Shown here one piece after another: positions 27,021 to 37,123 of a stretch of DNA of 64,000 bases. This DNA is from a bacterium. Lineage in GTDB: Bacteria > J088 > JAWLBW01. The notes under the pieces were generated by a model that saw only the letters and a program-made list of their open reading frames with translations, was not told the DNA's origin and did not search any database. The DNA is taken from contig JAWLHK010000016.1 of the NCBI GenBank assembly GCA_041690355.1, positions 1 to 64,000 on the forward strand, given 5' to 3'. Numbering within the stretch: position 1 is the first letter of the stretch; every line of letters starts with the position of its first letter. The position numbers and the translations under genes are program-made.

Positions 27021-27048
27021 CGCATCTGCCTTCACTCTTGGGGCGGGC

Positions 27049-27088
27049 AAAGAAAACGGGGGGAACCGGCAATCCGGTTCCCCCCGTT
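27049..27088 (-). terminator. intrinsic terminator of the fatty-acid cluster
   Basis: 15-bp stem AACGGGGGGAACCGG/CCGGTTCCCCCCGTT with a T-rich tail on the minus strand. Confidence 0.8.
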
Positions 27089-27112
27089 CAATTCCGTGCG
27101 GAAGATTCCGCG

Positions 27113-29152
27113 TCAGGCCTGGGCGGGCTGCTTGCGCACCATGGCCTTGTCGACCAGCTCGATGACGTCGAGCACCTTGACGGTCTCTTCGGCGCCCTTC
27201 TGCTTGTTCGCATCGTCGATCATCGTCATGCAGAACGGGCAGGAGACGGCCACCGTCTTCGCTCCCGTTTCCATGAGCTGATCGTAGCGGGCCGAGTTGA
27301 CGCGCGGCGCATCCTCTTCCATCCACATGCGGGCGCCGCCGGCGCCGCAGCACATGCTGTTTTCCTTGTGGCGGCCGGCTTCCTTGACGCTCTTGCCGGT
27401 CGCCTTCTCGATGAGGTTGCGCGGACTGTCGTAGTGGCCGTTGTAGCGCCCGAGGTAGCAGGGGTCGTGGTAGGTGACATCCCCTTCGGTCTTCATCGGG
27501 TCGAGCTTGATCTTGCCCTGGGCCACCAGGTCGCCGATGAGTTGCGTCGAGTGCACGACCTCGAACTTGGCGCCGAGCTGCGGATACTCGTTGCCGATCG
27601 TGTTCAGGCAGTGCGGACAGTGGGCGACGACCTTCTTCGCCTTGTGCGAGTTCAGGCTCTCGATGTTCATCTGGGCCATGATCTGCCACAGATACTCGTT
27701 GCCGGCGCGGCGGGCAGTGTCGCCCGAGCACGATTCTTCCATCATGACGCCGTAGTCGATGCCGGCTTCCTTGAAGATGTTGACCATCGACTGGGCGATC
27801 TTCTTGTTGCGGTCGTCGTAGCTGGCCGCGCAGCCGACCCAGTACACGTATTCCGCCGACTCATTCTCGTCGAGGAAGCGCACGTCGAGCCCTTCGGCCC
27901 AGTCGAAACGCTGATCGGCGCCCAGGTTCCACGGGTTGCCGTTACGCTCCATGCCCTGGAAGGTGCGGGTGAGTTCCTTGGGGAACTCGTTGAGGTTGGT
28001 CACCAGGTAGCGGCGCATGGCCACGATGCGGTCGACGTGGTCGATCATGACCGGGCAGGCCGTTTCGCAGTTGCGGCAGGTCGTGCACGACCAGATGACC
28101 TCTTCGCTGATGACCGGACCGATGAGCGCCGGGCCGTCCCAGTTCTCTTCCGTTCCGCCGGCCAGCATGTGCTGGGCCTTGGCGTACAGGTGGTCGCGCT
28201 GGTCGTTGATGAGCTTCTTCGGCGACAGCGGCTTGTCGGTGGCCCACGCCGGGCAGGACTGCTGACAGCGTCCGCACTCGGTGCAGGTGTACATGTCGAG
28301 CACGTCCTTCCACGAGTAATCCTCGATGCGGCCGGCGCCGATGTTCTCTTCGCGCTCGACGCGCCCCTCGAGGTCGTCGATGAACGACAGGGCCCCCGAC
28401 GGCTGCAGGTTGCGGAAGAAGACGTTGCCGACGGCCGTGATGACGTGGAAGTGCTTGCCGTAGGGGAGGAAGTTGAGGAAGACGACGACGGTCGCGACGT
28501 GAATGTAGTAGTTCAGCGCGCCGAAGCCCTCGAGAAACGCCTGGCTTCCAATGTTCTCGAAGAGCGGCGTCAGAATCCAGCCCGAGGCCGGCGACCAGTT
28601 CATGAGGGCGATGAGCGCCTCGTCGTGACCCGTCAGGCCGCGCTTCGCGAGCACGTACTCGGCCGCGTCATAGAACAGGTCGGTCAGCATCAGGGTGCCG
28701 ATCATGCCGAGAATGAAGACCGCTTCGCCCGAGTAGGTCAGGCGGTCGGGCTTCGACACCAGCCGGCGGTAGAGCGCCATGGTCACGCCGACGAGCACGA
28801 TGGGCTCGATGATGTCCTTGGCGGCGATGTAGACCAGCCCCGGCGGCGAGGCGAAGATCGTGTAGAATAGGTCGGGGGCGAAGGCCAGCACGTAGAGCGA
28901 AACCGTGCGGATGGCCAGCACCGAGAACCCGGCGAAGATCATGAGGTGAAACATGCCCGCGTACGGGTCCTTGAACATCCGCTGCTGCGCGAGGGCGTAG
29001 CGCAGCACGGCGAGGACACGCTCGGGAATGCGGTCGAGCCGGTTCGACTTCTTCGTCGTGCGCAGCGCGAGCCGCGTACGGCCGAGTGCCGTCCAGGCGA
29101 AGGCGCCCAGAGCGACGATGAGAATCAGTGCAACGATGATTGGCCGGATCAT
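27113..29152 (-). CDS. fadF: membrane Fe-S oxidoreductase (FadF/EtfD/EMO type; NarI-like TM + 2x4Fe-4S + CCG domains)
   Basis: TM region with His ligands; CTECGRCQQSCP and CTTCRNCETACP; YWVGC, CPHC, YHDPCYLGR, CCGAGG, CPFC. Confidence 0.9.
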   Translation of the reverse strand: MIRPIIVALILIVALGAFAWTALGRTRLALRTTKKSNRLDRIPERVLAVLRYALAQQRMFKDPYAGMFHLMIFAGFSVLAIRTVSLYVLAFAPDLFYTIFASPPGLVYIAAKDIIEPIVLVGVTMALYRRLVSKPDRLTYSGEAVFILGMIGTLMLTDLFYDAAEYVLAKRGLTGHDEALIALMNWSPASGWILTPLFENIGSQAFLEGFGALNYYIHVATVVVFLNFLPYGKHFHVITAVGNVFFRNLQPSGALSFIDDLEGRVEREENIGAGRIEDYSWKDVLDMYTCTECGRCQQSCPAWATDKPLSPKKLINDQRDHLYAKAQHMLAGGTEENWDGPALIGPVISEEVIWSCTTCRNCETACPVMIDHVDRIVAMRRYLVTNLNEFPKELTRTFQGMERNGNPWNLGADQRFDWAEGLDVRFLDENESAEYVYWVGCAASYDDRNKKIAQSMVNIFKEAGIDYGVMMEESCSGDTARRAGNEYLWQIMAQMNIESLNSHKAKKVVAHCPHCLNTIGNEYPQLGAKFEVVHSTQLIGDLVAQGKIKLDPMKTEGDVTYHDPCYLGRYNGHYDSPRNLIEKATGKSVKEAGRHKENSMCCGAGGARMWMEEDAPRVNSARYDQLMETGAKTVAVSCPFCMTMIDDANKQKGAEETVKVLDVIELVDKAMVRKQPAQA

Positions 29153-29179
29153 GCGGTGGCCTCCTTCAAGAACCTTGCG

Positions 29180-29977
29180 TCAGGTTTCAGATATCGTCTG
29201 CGCCCCGCCCGACCACTCCCGGGTCAGGCGAAGCGCGAAATTCTTCAGCGCCGACGCGAGCGCTGCGGGCGCTTCGAGCATCGGCATGTGTCCAACATCC
29301 TTGAGCAGCACCAGCTCGGCGCCGGATATCTCGGCGGCCAGAAAGCGGGCATACTGCTCGCGCGTCAGCGAGTCCTTCGTTCCCCCCACGACCAGGGCCG
29401 GACACATGATCGCCTTCACGCGGTCGAGCGCATCCCACCGGTCGGCCGCACGGAAATCGCGGAGGAACAGCTCGCGCGGCGTCTCCATCAGCTCCCGGCG
29501 CGCCATCTCGAGCGTCTCTTCCGGCGTTCCGGGGGCGTACAAGGTGCCCGCCACCCCCGCCCACGTTGCGCCGTCGGCGTACTCCATCAGCTCGAAGAGC
29601 GCCGGCATCACCCGCAGCCGCGCCCCCGTGCTGACAAGGGCCAGAGCACCCGGACGATGCCCCGCCAGCGCATATTCGAGGGCGATGGCGCCCCCCATGC
29701 TGTGCCCGACGGGAACGATCCGGTCGAGCGGCAGCGCCGGGCGGAATTCCGCAAGGTACTCCGCGAGCCACTGCGCCCACCCGTCGACCGAGTCTCTCAG
29801 CTCCCCTTCGCTGCGGCCGTGACCGGGCAGGCTGAAGAGCAGCTGGTGCACCTCGCCGCGCAGCGCGCGGAACTGGGGAAGCCAGTGGTTCCGGTTGCCC
29901 CCCGCGCCGTGCAGGTAAACGAAGACCGGGCGCCCGTCCTGCAGGTCGCCCAGATCGGCGAGCAGATCAGTTCGCAC
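29180..29977 (-). CDS. alpha/beta fold hydrolase
   Basis: LHGAGG, LPGHG, GHSMGG, D...GH. Start could instead be the GTG at 30007. Confidence 0.85.
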   Translation of the reverse strand: MRTDLLADLGDLQDGRPVFVYLHGAGGNRNHWLPQFRALRGEVHQLLFSLPGHGRSEGELRDSVDGWAQWLAEYLAEFRPALPLDRIVPVGHSMGGAIALEYALAGHRPGALALVSTGARLRVMPALFELMEYADGATWAGVAGTLYAPGTPEETLEMARRELMETPRELFLRDFRAADRWDALDRVKAIMCPALVVGGTKDSLTREQYARFLAAEISGAELVLLKDVGHMPMLEAPAALASALKNFALRLTREWSGGAQTISET

Positions 29978-30069
29978 ACGCCACCCCGCAATGCCTGCGC
30001 ACCGCACCGTAACGGAACAGTATAGCGCGATCGGCCGCTTTCATGCCAGCCCGCGTCATGGCCGCGGCC

Positions 30070-31098
30070 TCACGAAGCGAGCGCAAAGGCCACCGGTTCG
30101 TCGCTGATCCGGGCATAACGATACGCTTCTCCCTGCTGCTCGAGGCGGATTTCGCCCCGCACCGCCATCATCTCGAGGTTCCCCAGGATCTCGCTGAATC
30201 CCAGAAAGACCTCGAAGTCCTTCAGGCGACGGTAGTAGGTCTGGCAGAGCTCGAAGGCCTGGGCCGGCTGTTCGAGCATGCGAAACAGTTTGCCCTGCCG
30301 GCGCGCGTAGAACGCGGCGAGCGACTCGGCCAGCGCGCGCGCATCGGTCACGAAGGGACCATGGGCGGGGAGCGCGAGCGACAGCGGCTCGCGCAGGATC
30401 TTCGAGAGGGAATCGAAGTAGGTGACGAGGCTCGGAAACTTCTCGGCCTGCGCGTTCAGCTCGAACAGCGGATTCGGCGAGATGGTCTTGAGCAGGTGAT
30501 CGCCCGTCACCGCGACCCCGTCGTTCCCCAGAAAATAGGCGACGCACCCCGGCGTGTGGCCGGGCACTTCGACGACGCGCGCTTCGAAGCGGTCGAAGGG
30601 GATCCGGTCGTCGTGGCGCACCTCGCGGATGCCGTCGTGAAGCGGCTGCGCATGTTCGCGGTTCCCCGCCATGACCACGCCCAGGTGCTCGACGAGCGAC
30701 TCGGGAAAGCCGTGCCGGATGAATTCGCGGCGGTAGAGCCGGCGCACGAACTCCGATTCCTCGGCATCCTGCTCCTGCACCTTGTTCCAGTCACCCCGGT
30801 GGAGAAAAATCTCGGCGCCCAGCTCCTGAAAGAGCCGCGCATTGCCGTAGTGATCGATGTGCCCGTGCGTGAGCAGCACGCGGCGGATGTCGCCGAGCGC
30901 ATAGCCGAGCTTCCGCAACGCCTTCTCGAGCCACCGTCGGCTCGCCGGGGCGTGGATGCCCGTATCGATCAGGGTCGGGAGGGAATCTTCGACGAAATAG
31001 AAATGGACGTGCCGTCCCGCCTGCGGAAACGGAATTTCCATCGTGAGGGGATGGACCCGCAGGGCGGCCAACCGGGCGGTCATCGTTTCGAAGTCCAT
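30070..31098 (-). CDS. MBL-fold metallo-hydrolase
   Basis: [27 protein letters not shown]. Confidence 0.9.
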   Translation of the reverse strand: MDFETMTARLAALRVHPLTMEIPFPQAGRHVHFYFVEDSLPTLIDTGIHAPASRRWLEKALRKLGYALGDIRRVLLTHGHIDHYGNARLFQELGAEIFLHRGDWNKVQEQDAEESEFVRRLYRREFIRHGFPESLVEHLGVVMAGNREHAQPLHDGIREVRHDDRIPFDRFEARVVEVPGHTPGCVAYFLGNDGVAVTGDHLLKTISPNPLFELNAQAEKFPSLVTYFDSLSKILREPLSLALPAHGPFVTDARALAESLAAFYARRQGKLFRMLEQPAQAFELCQTYYRRLKDFEVFLGFSEILGNLEMMAVRGEIRLEQQGEAYRYARISDEPVAFALAS

Positions 31099-31116
31099 GC
31101 TTCTCCCGGAAGGCGG

Positions 31117-31157
31117 AAAAAACAAAAAGCGGGGGCCGGCGCCGGGCCGGCCCCCGC
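31117..31157 (-). terminator. intrinsic terminator after etfA
   Basis: 12-bp GC stem followed by TTTTTGTTTTTT on the minus strand. Confidence 0.8.
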
Positions 31158-31164
31158 GCGAACC

Positions 31165-32127
31165 TCAGGCGCCGACGCCCGCCTTCTTGAACTCGTCGAC
31201 GAGTTCGGGAACGACCTTGAACAGGTCGCCGATGAGACCGTAGTCCGCACCCTGGAAGATCGGGGCCTCGCCGTCCTTGTTGATGGCGACGATGACCTTC
31301 GAGTCCTTCATGCCGGCCCAGTGCTGAATCGCGCCGGAGATGCCGACGGCGATGTACAGCTCGGGGGCGACGACCTTACCGGTCTGCCCGACCTGCATGT
31401 CGTTGGGCACCCAGCCGGCGTCGACCGCCGCGCGGCTCGCGCCCATGGCGGCGCCGAGGGCGTCGGCGAGCTGCTCGATGGGCTTGAAGTCGCCCTTCGT
31501 GCCGCGGCCGCCCGAAACGACGATGCGCGCTTCGGTCAGGCCCGGACGATCGCTCTTGGTTTCGTCGAAGCTGACGAACTTGGTCTTCGGCGTGCCCGGA
31601 TCGGCGCTGACCGTTTCCTTGGCCGAGGCGCCGCCGGTGGCTTCTGCCGGGCTGTAGGCCGTGCCGCGCACCGAGGCGACCACGACCGGCGTCGTCACTT
31701 CGACCGAAGCGATGACGTTGCCGGCGAACATCGGACGCTTGAACGCCTTGGCGCCCAGCACTTCCGTAATGTCGCTGGCCATGCCGGCACCCAGGCGGGC
31801 GGCGACGCGGGGCAGCAGGTCCTTGCCCGTCGTCGTGCTGGTCATGAGCACCAGCTCGGCCCCTTCGGCCTTGGCGACGTCGGCCACGACCTTGCCGTAC
31901 GATTCGGCCAGGTAGCGCTCGAGAACCGGGTTATCGGCCACCAGCACCTTCGAGGCGCCGTAGCCGGTCAGTTTGTCGGCCACTTCGCCGACGTTCGAAC
32001 CCAGGACGAGGATGGCGTAGTCGCCGCCCGTCTTTTCGGCCGCCGCGCGGGCGGCGCTCACCGCCGACAGGGTCGCCGAACGGAGCTGTCCCAGGTACTG
32101 CTCTGCAACAACAAGAATCTTTGCCAT
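31165..32127 (-). CDS. etfA: electron transfer flavoprotein alpha subunit
   Basis: [35 protein letters not shown]. Confidence 0.97.
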   Translation of the reverse strand: MAKILVVAEQYLGQLRSATLSAVSAARAAAEKTGGDYAILVLGSNVGEVADKLTGYGASKVLVADNPVLERYLAESYGKVVADVAKAEGAELVLMTSTTTGKDLLPRVAARLGAGMASDITEVLGAKAFKRPMFAGNVIASVEVTTPVVVASVRGTAYSPAEATGGASAKETVSADPGTPKTKFVSFDETKSDRPGLTEARIVVSGGRGTKGDFKPIEQLADALGAAMGASRAAVDAGWVPNDMQVGQTGKVVAPELYIAVGISGAIQHWAGMKDSKVIVAINKDGEAPIFQGADYGLIGDLFKVVPELVDEFKKAGVGA

Positions 32128-32150
32128 GGTGATTTCTCCTTAACGCCGAA

Positions 32151-32897
32151 TTAGAGGACCTTGGCTTCGGTCTTGAGCATCTGAACCAGTTCCTGCACCG
32201 ATTCGACCTTCTTACCGGCCGAACGAGCGGGGGGAACGGTGACGCCCGTAACCTTGACCTTCGGCGCCACGTCGACGCCCAGCGAGGCGGGGGTAACTTC
32301 TTTGACTTCCTTCTTCTTGGCCTTCATGATGCCCGGGAGGCTCGCGTAGCGCGGCTCGTTCAGGCGCAGGTCGGCCGTCACGAGGGCGGGCAGCTGCAGC
32401 TCGAGGGTCTCGAGGCCGCCGTCGACTTCGCGGGTCACGGTGGCCGTCGTGCCATTCACTTCGACCTTCGAAGCGAAGCAGGCCTGGCCCCAGCCGAGGT
32501 ATTCCGCAAGCAGCTGACCGGCCTGGCTCGAGTCGTCGTCGACGGCCTGCTTGCCCATGAGCACCAGGTCGGGCTTCTCTTCTTCGACGAGCTTGGCGAG
32601 AATGCGCGCCACGGCGTCGCTGTCGATTTCGCCGTCGGCATTCACGTGGATGCCGCGGTCGCCGCCCATGGCCAGGCCCGTGCGGATCTGTTCGACCACT
32701 TCGGGCTTGCCGATGCTGACGACGACGACTTCGCCGCCATGCTTCTCTTTCAGACGCAGGGCCTCTTCAATCGCGTTCTCGTCGAACGGATTGACGACGA
32801 ACTTGACCCCTTCGAGATCGACGCCGGAGTTATCCTTCTTCAGCTTGATCTTCGTTTCGGGATCCATCAACCGCTTGGCGGTGACCAGGATTTTCAC
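32151..32897 (-). CDS. etfB: electron transfer flavoprotein beta subunit
   Basis: NPFDENAIEEALRLKE, GKQAVDDD, LNEPRYASLPGIMKAKKK. Confidence 0.97.
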   Translation of the reverse strand: MKILVTAKRLMDPETKIKLKKDNSGVDLEGVKFVVNPFDENAIEEALRLKEKHGGEVVVVSIGKPEVVEQIRTGLAMGGDRGIHVNADGEIDSDAVARILAKLVEEEKPDLVLMGKQAVDDDSSQAGQLLAEYLGWGQACFASKVEVNGTTATVTREVDGGLETLELQLPALVTADLRLNEPRYASLPGIMKAKKKEVKEVTPASLGVDVAPKVKVTGVTVPPARSAGKKVESVQELVQMLKTEAKVL

Positions 32898-32940
32898 GTA
32901 TGCCTCCTTGAAGTACTGTTTCGAATTCGGGGACTGCGAA

Positions 32941-34113
32941 TCAACGTTTCGAGAGCAGCTCGCGGGCGATGACCATGCGCTGCACCTGGGCGGTGCCTTC
33001 GTAGATCTGCATGAGCTTCGCGTCGCGCATCAGCTTCTCGACCGGGTATTCCTTCGTGTAGCCGTAGCCGCCGTAGACCTGCACGGCGTCGGTCGTGACT
33101 TCCATGCACGTGTCGGCGGCGAAGCTCTTGGCGTAGCTCGAGTACAGCGTCGAGCGGATGCCGGCGTCGAGCGCCCAGGCGGCCTGCCAGGTGAGCAGCC
33201 GCGAAGCTTCGGTCTTCATGGCCATGTTGGCGATGAGAAACTGAATGGCCTGGAAGTTGGCGATGGGCTGGTTGAACTGCTTGCGCTCGTTTGCGTAGTC
33301 CATGGCGTATTCCATGGCGGCGCGGGCGAGACCGACGCAGAGGGCGGCCACCATGGGACGGCTCTTGTCGAGCGTGCGCATGGCGATCATGAACCCCTGC
33401 CCCTCTTCGCCGATGCGGTTGCGCACGGGCACCTTGACGTCCTCAAAGATGACCGGGGCCGTGTTCGAGGCGCGCTGCCCCATCTTATCTTCGGGCTTGC
33501 CCACCGTGATGCCCGGCGTGTCGCGCGGCACGATGAAGGCGGCGAGGGCCTTGTGGCGCTGGCTCTTGTCGAGCGTCGCGAAGACGGTGAACTGGTCGGC
33601 GTAGGTGGCGTTGGTGATCCACTGCTTGGCGCCGTTCAGGATGTAGTAGTCGCCGTCGCGGCGGGCCGTCGTGGTCATGCCGGCGACGTCGCTGCCCGCG
33701 CCCGGTTCCGACAGGCAGAAGCTGGCCAGCCGGTATTCCTTCGTGAACTTGGGCAGCCACTCTTCCTTCTGCTCTTCCGACGCGTCGAGCACGATGGGCG
33801 AGAGAGCCAGGTCGTTCGCCATGATGCTGGTCGCCATGCCGGCGCAGCCCCAGGCCGCCTCTTCGGTCATGACGACGCCGTCGACGGCGCTCAGGCCGAG
33901 TCCGCCGTATTGTTCGGGGATGATCAGGTTGATGAGACCGAGCTCATGGGCCTTGCGAAGAACCTTTTCGGGGAATTCCTCGGTGCGGTCATGATGGGGA
34001 GCGACAGGGCGGATGACTTCGGCGGCGAATTTGCGCGCCGTCTCCTGCAGCTGCTTCTGCTCGTCGGTCAGGGAAAAGCCAATCGGGTTGGATGCGTGGG
34101 TGGCGGTAGTCAT
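32941..34113 (-). CDS. acyl-CoA dehydrogenase
   Basis: FCLSEPGAGSD, NGAKQWITN, QVYGGYGY, QIYEGT. Confidence 0.95.
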   Translation of the reverse strand: MTTATHASNPIGFSLTDEQKQLQETARKFAAEVIRPVAPHHDRTEEFPEKVLRKAHELGLINLIIPEQYGGLGLSAVDGVVMTEEAAWGCAGMATSIMANDLALSPIVLDASEEQKEEWLPKFTKEYRLASFCLSEPGAGSDVAGMTTTARRDGDYYILNGAKQWITNATYADQFTVFATLDKSQRHKALAAFIVPRDTPGITVGKPEDKMGQRASNTAPVIFEDVKVPVRNRIGEEGQGFMIAMRTLDKSRPMVAALCVGLARAAMEYAMDYANERKQFNQPIANFQAIQFLIANMAMKTEASRLLTWQAAWALDAGIRSTLYSSYAKSFAADTCMEVTTDAVQVYGGYGYTKEYPVEKLMRDAKLMQIYEGTAQVQRMVIARELLSKR

Positions 34114-34730
34114 ACGGTTTCTCCGTGGGCGCCCGCCGCGTCGGCCCGCAGGCCGTCGACAAGAACGCGCGCCAGTTGTTCAGCACTTTCTTTCAAATCG
34201 TAGCGTTTGCGCGAGAGCACCCAGTGCAGGGCCAGCTCGTCGAGCGCGCCGAAGACGAGCCGCTTGACGACGCCGGGGTGCACGTCCTTGCGGATCTCGC
34301 CCGAGGCCTGCCCCGCCAGCACGATGTCCTGAATGACGTCGAGATACTTGGCGAAGGTGACCTTCTGGTACTCCTTCATGAACTTCGTGCTCTGCCGCAG
34401 TTCGACCTGCAGCACCTCGGCCAGCGGCGGGTTGATCATCGTCTGCTCGAGATGGAACTGCACGAAGGCGTGCAGCCGATCGAGCGCCGACGTGTGCGCC
34501 GCCATGTAGTCGTTGAGCTTCTGGAGAATCTCGGCGAGGCTCTCTTCGAAGATCGAGATGAGGATGTCGTCTTTGTTCTTGAAATACAGATAGATCGTCC
34601 CGTCGGCGACGTCGGCCTCGCGCGCAATCTCCGAGATGCGCGAGTTGAAGAATCCGTTGCGGGCGAAGACCGTGATGGCCGCCTTGAGGATTCGATCGTG
34701 TTTGTTGTCGGCGCGGGCGGCTTTCTGCAT
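34110..34730 (-). CDS. fadR: TetR family fatty-acid regulator (Bacillus FadR/YsiA type)
   Basis: HTH IAREADVADGTIYLYFKNKDDIL; QVELRQS; first gene of the acd-etf operon; FadR-type box upstream. Confidence 0.85.
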   Translation of the reverse strand: MQKAARADNKHDRILKAAITVFARNGFFNSRISEIAREADVADGTIYLYFKNKDDILISIFEESLAEILQKLNDYMAAHTSALDRLHAFVQFHLEQTMINPPLAEVLQVELRQSTKFMKEYQKVTFAKYLDVIQDIVLAGQASGEIRKDVHPGVVKRLVFGALDELALHWVLSRKRYDLKESAEQLARVLVDGLRADAAGAHGETV

Positions 34731-34767
34731 GAACCTGGGCTGGGTTTCAGGAGTCAGGGCCGGACAC

Positions 34768-34820
34768 TGAATGAAGATTCATTCACCGGTCAGGGTACCA
34801 GCCGAATGCGTGGGGGTCAA
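34768..34820 (-). promoter_or_regulatory. promoter with palindromic FadR-type operator
   Basis: TTGACC (34820-15), 17 bp, TGgTACCCT (34797-92); TGAATGA-AGAT-TCATTCA at 34768-34785 covers the predicted +1. Confidence 0.8.
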
Positions 34821-34829
34821 GGGAAGCCA

Positions 34830-34927
34830 ATTGACGATTTACAATTTACGATTGACGATTCATCGGAACCGTCGGGAGCGCGCTTGCCCGGCGCTTCGTC
34901 AACTGGAAACTCGAACTCAAAACTCTC
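34830..34927. repeat. heptamer tandem repeats
   Basis: ATTGACG ATTTACA ATTTACG ATTGACG (same family as 24663) and AACTGGA AACTCG AACTCAA AACTCTC. Confidence 0.75.
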
Positions 34928-34978
34928 AGGATACCCTGCCGGGCGAGCGGACGCCAGTCCGGGGGGCGCTTCCCTGCC

Positions 34979-35563
34979 TCAAAGCGCCCAGCGGATGCTC
35001 CAGGGGGTCGTGATGCCGACCCAGGTCTTCTTGAGGATGCCGTCCCCATCCACCAGATAGAGCGTCGGATAGGCCCGCAGCCCCCAGCGCCGGGGCACGG
35101 TCGAGTCGCCCATGATACTGGGGAAATCGGTCGGATTTTCAGAGACGAAGGCCTGCATTTCGCTCCGGCTCCCCGCGAGGCCGACGCCGACGACGCGCAC
35201 GCCGTCTCCCAGGCTCTCCTGCAGGTCTCCGAAGAGCTTGAACTCGGTTTTGCAGACGCCGCACCAGGGGGCCCAGAAGACATAGAGCGTCTGCTTTCCG
35301 TCCGACGGCGCGACGTAGGGGGAACCGCCGGCCAGCCACGCGCCCGTCATGGCCGGCGCCGGCTTGCCCACTTCCGCTTCCGGAGCCTGGCGGTCACTCA
35401 GCGCCCAGTAGAGCGCCAGCATGAGCACGATCCACGGAATCTCGCGAACGAGGCGCCGGCGGAAGCGCACCAAGCGGCTCTCCGCGGGTCCCCCGGCAGG
35501 CGGAACTTCAGGATTCCCCGCGGCCGCTTCAGGCGCGGACGGCGGCTGCGGAGCCTCGGTCAT
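34979..35563 (-). CDS. membrane-anchored TlpA-like thioredoxin
   Basis: TM segment; FWAPWCGVCK; YPT cis-Pro loop. Confidence 0.88.
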   Translation of the reverse strand: MTEAPQPPSAPEAAAGNPEVPPAGGPAESRLVRFRRRLVREIPWIVLMLALYWALSDRQAPEAEVGKPAPAMTGAWLAGGSPYVAPSDGKQTLYVFWAPWCGVCKTEFKLFGDLQESLGDGVRVVGVGLAGSRSEMQAFVSENPTDFPSIMGDSTVPRRWGLRAYPTLYLVDGDGILKKTWVGITTPWSIRWAL

Positions 35564-36399
35564 ACGTCCACCAGCTCAATGGGGTCGACGGGGCGGCCCA
35601 GGAAACGGGCGCCCACCTCGGCGAACCGCGGCGACACGTCGGTCAGCAGATACCGCGTCGTCGCGGGCGAGCCGGCCGAGAGCAGCTTGCGCCCGGTCAG
35701 CAATCCGGCCACCGCTTCAGCCGTCGTGCGGGCCGAATCGACCAGCGTGACCCCCGGGAGCACCCGCGCGATGGCCGGCATCAGCAGCGGATAGTGCGTG
35801 CACCCGAGAATCGCCGTGTCGATGCCGCTGCCGGCCAGCCGCTGCAGATAACGCTGCGCCGCCAGGTCGGCGATGGGGTCATCCCCCAGCCCCTCTTCCG
35901 CGAGCGGAACGAAGAGCGGGCACGCCTGCTCCTCGATGACGACTCCGGGGGGAACTTCCGCGCCCGCGCCCGCCGCGGGGGACGTCAGGGCGGCGTCCTG
36001 CTGCTCGAGGGCGCGGCGGTAGGCGCCCGAGCGGATGGTACCCTCGGTCGCGAGCACGGCGATGTGCCGCCGCGGGCTCGCCGCCAGCGCGGCCTCGGCC
36101 CCCGGTTCCACCACGCCCACCAGGGGAAGATCGGGATACCGCTCGCGCAGGGCGTCCATGGCGTGGGCCGACGCCGTATTGCACGCGACGACCAGCATCT
36201 TGATCCCCCCGCGCACGAGATGGTCGGCCACGCGCAGCGAATAGCGGATGACCGTCTCGGGGCTCTTGGTGCCGTAGGGAACCCGCGCGGTATCCCCCAG
36301 ATAGAGAAAGCTTTCCGCAGGCAGGCGCGCGTGGAGGGCGCGCAGGACGGTGAGTCCGCCGATGCCGGAGTCGAAGATGCCGATGGGAAGTTCGTTCAT
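35560..36399 (-). CDS. murI: glutamate racemase
   Basis: FDSGIGGLTV, VPYG, VACNTA, LGCTHYP. Confidence 0.97.
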   Translation of the reverse strand: MNELPIGIFDSGIGGLTVLRALHARLPAESFLYLGDTARVPYGTKSPETVIRYSLRVADHLVRGGIKMLVVACNTASAHAMDALRERYPDLPLVGVVEPGAEAALAASPRRHIAVLATEGTIRSGAYRRALEQQDAALTSPAAGAGAEVPPGVVIEEQACPLFVPLAEEGLGDDPIADLAAQRYLQRLAGSGIDTAILGCTHYPLLMPAIARVLPGVTLVDSARTTAEAVAGLLTGRKLLSAGSPATTRYLLTDVSPRFAEVGARFLGRPVDPIELVDV

Positions 36400-36483
36400 G
36401 GCCGCACGCTGACTCTACAGTGTCCGCGATGGCGGCGCCGCGTTGCAAGGGGACATGGCGAAGACAAGTCACGACCTCTCGCG

Positions 36484-36604
36484 TTCGTCCCGAGCTGACG
36501 GCGCGTAACAGAGTGAGCGCGACAGCGAGGGGATACGCACGGGTATCCGGGCGCAGTCTCGCCGTCGCCGTTTGCGCTGCTGCCGGCCGTCGGCTCGACA
36601 CGAA
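36484..36604. other. about 120-nt rod-like imperfect hairpin (ncRNA or REP/MITE-like)
   Basis: Nested stems 36484-88/36600-04, 36491-502/36586-97, 36519-29/36558-68, 36531-36/36543-48. Confidence 0.6.
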
Positions 36605-36612
36605 TGGAAATG

Positions 36613-36710
36613 GACTTCCGGCTCCCGGCTGATGACTCTCGACTCCCGACTCTCGACTCATGACTGAGGACTGCCGACTGATGACTGAAGACTGAAGACT
36701 GCTGACTGGA
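36613..36710. repeat. 14 tandem heptamers GRCTnnn
   Basis: GACTTCC GGCTCCC GGCTGAT GACTCTC GACTCCC GACTCTC GACTCAT GACTGAG GACTGCC GACTGAT GACTGAA GACTGAA GACTGCT GACTGGA. Confidence 0.9.
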
Positions 36711-36739
36711 AACCGCCCGTTTGGTAGGATGTCAGGCGC

Positions 36740-37123
36740 ATGTCGTTTCTCTTCCGCGTCTTCTGGAATGCGCTCGGCCTGGTCATCGCCGCGACCCTCG
36801 TCTCCTCCGTGAGCTTCGAGTCTCCAGTCTCGGTGGGGCTGGCCGCCTTCGGACTCGGCGTCGTGAACGCCCTGATCCGCCCGGTGCTCTTCTTTCTGAC
36901 CCTGCCGCTGACCATCCTCACGCTGGGCCTGTTCACGCTCGTGCTCAACGCCCTCATGGTCTGGCTGATCGACGGGCTCGTGCCCGGCTTCAACCTGCAC
37001 GGCTTCTGGGACGCCTTCTGGACCGCGCTCATCGTCAGCATCGTCAGCTTCTTCGGCTCGCTCATTGCCGGCCGCTCTCGCCCCCGCCCCATGGAGATCG
37101 ATTCCCATGATCGAAACCTTTGA
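36740..37123 (+). CDS. 4-TM YvlD / phage holin family IV membrane protein
   Basis: GVVNALIRPVL...TLPLTILTLGLF.LVLNA signature. Confidence 0.9.
   Translation: MSFLFRVFWNALGLVIAATLVSSVSFESPVSVGLAAFGLGVVNALIRPVLFFLTLPLTILTLGLFTLVLNALMVWLIDGLVPGFNLHGFWDAFWTALIVSIVSFFGSLIAGRSRPRPMEIDSHDRNL

Noticed and set aside
36613-36710. Possible CRISPR array
   Set aside because: The period is 7 nt with no spacers, and there are no cas genes.
36740-37123. Prophage implied by the holin label
   Set aside because: The YvlD family is commonly chromosomal; no endolysin or structural phage genes are nearby.
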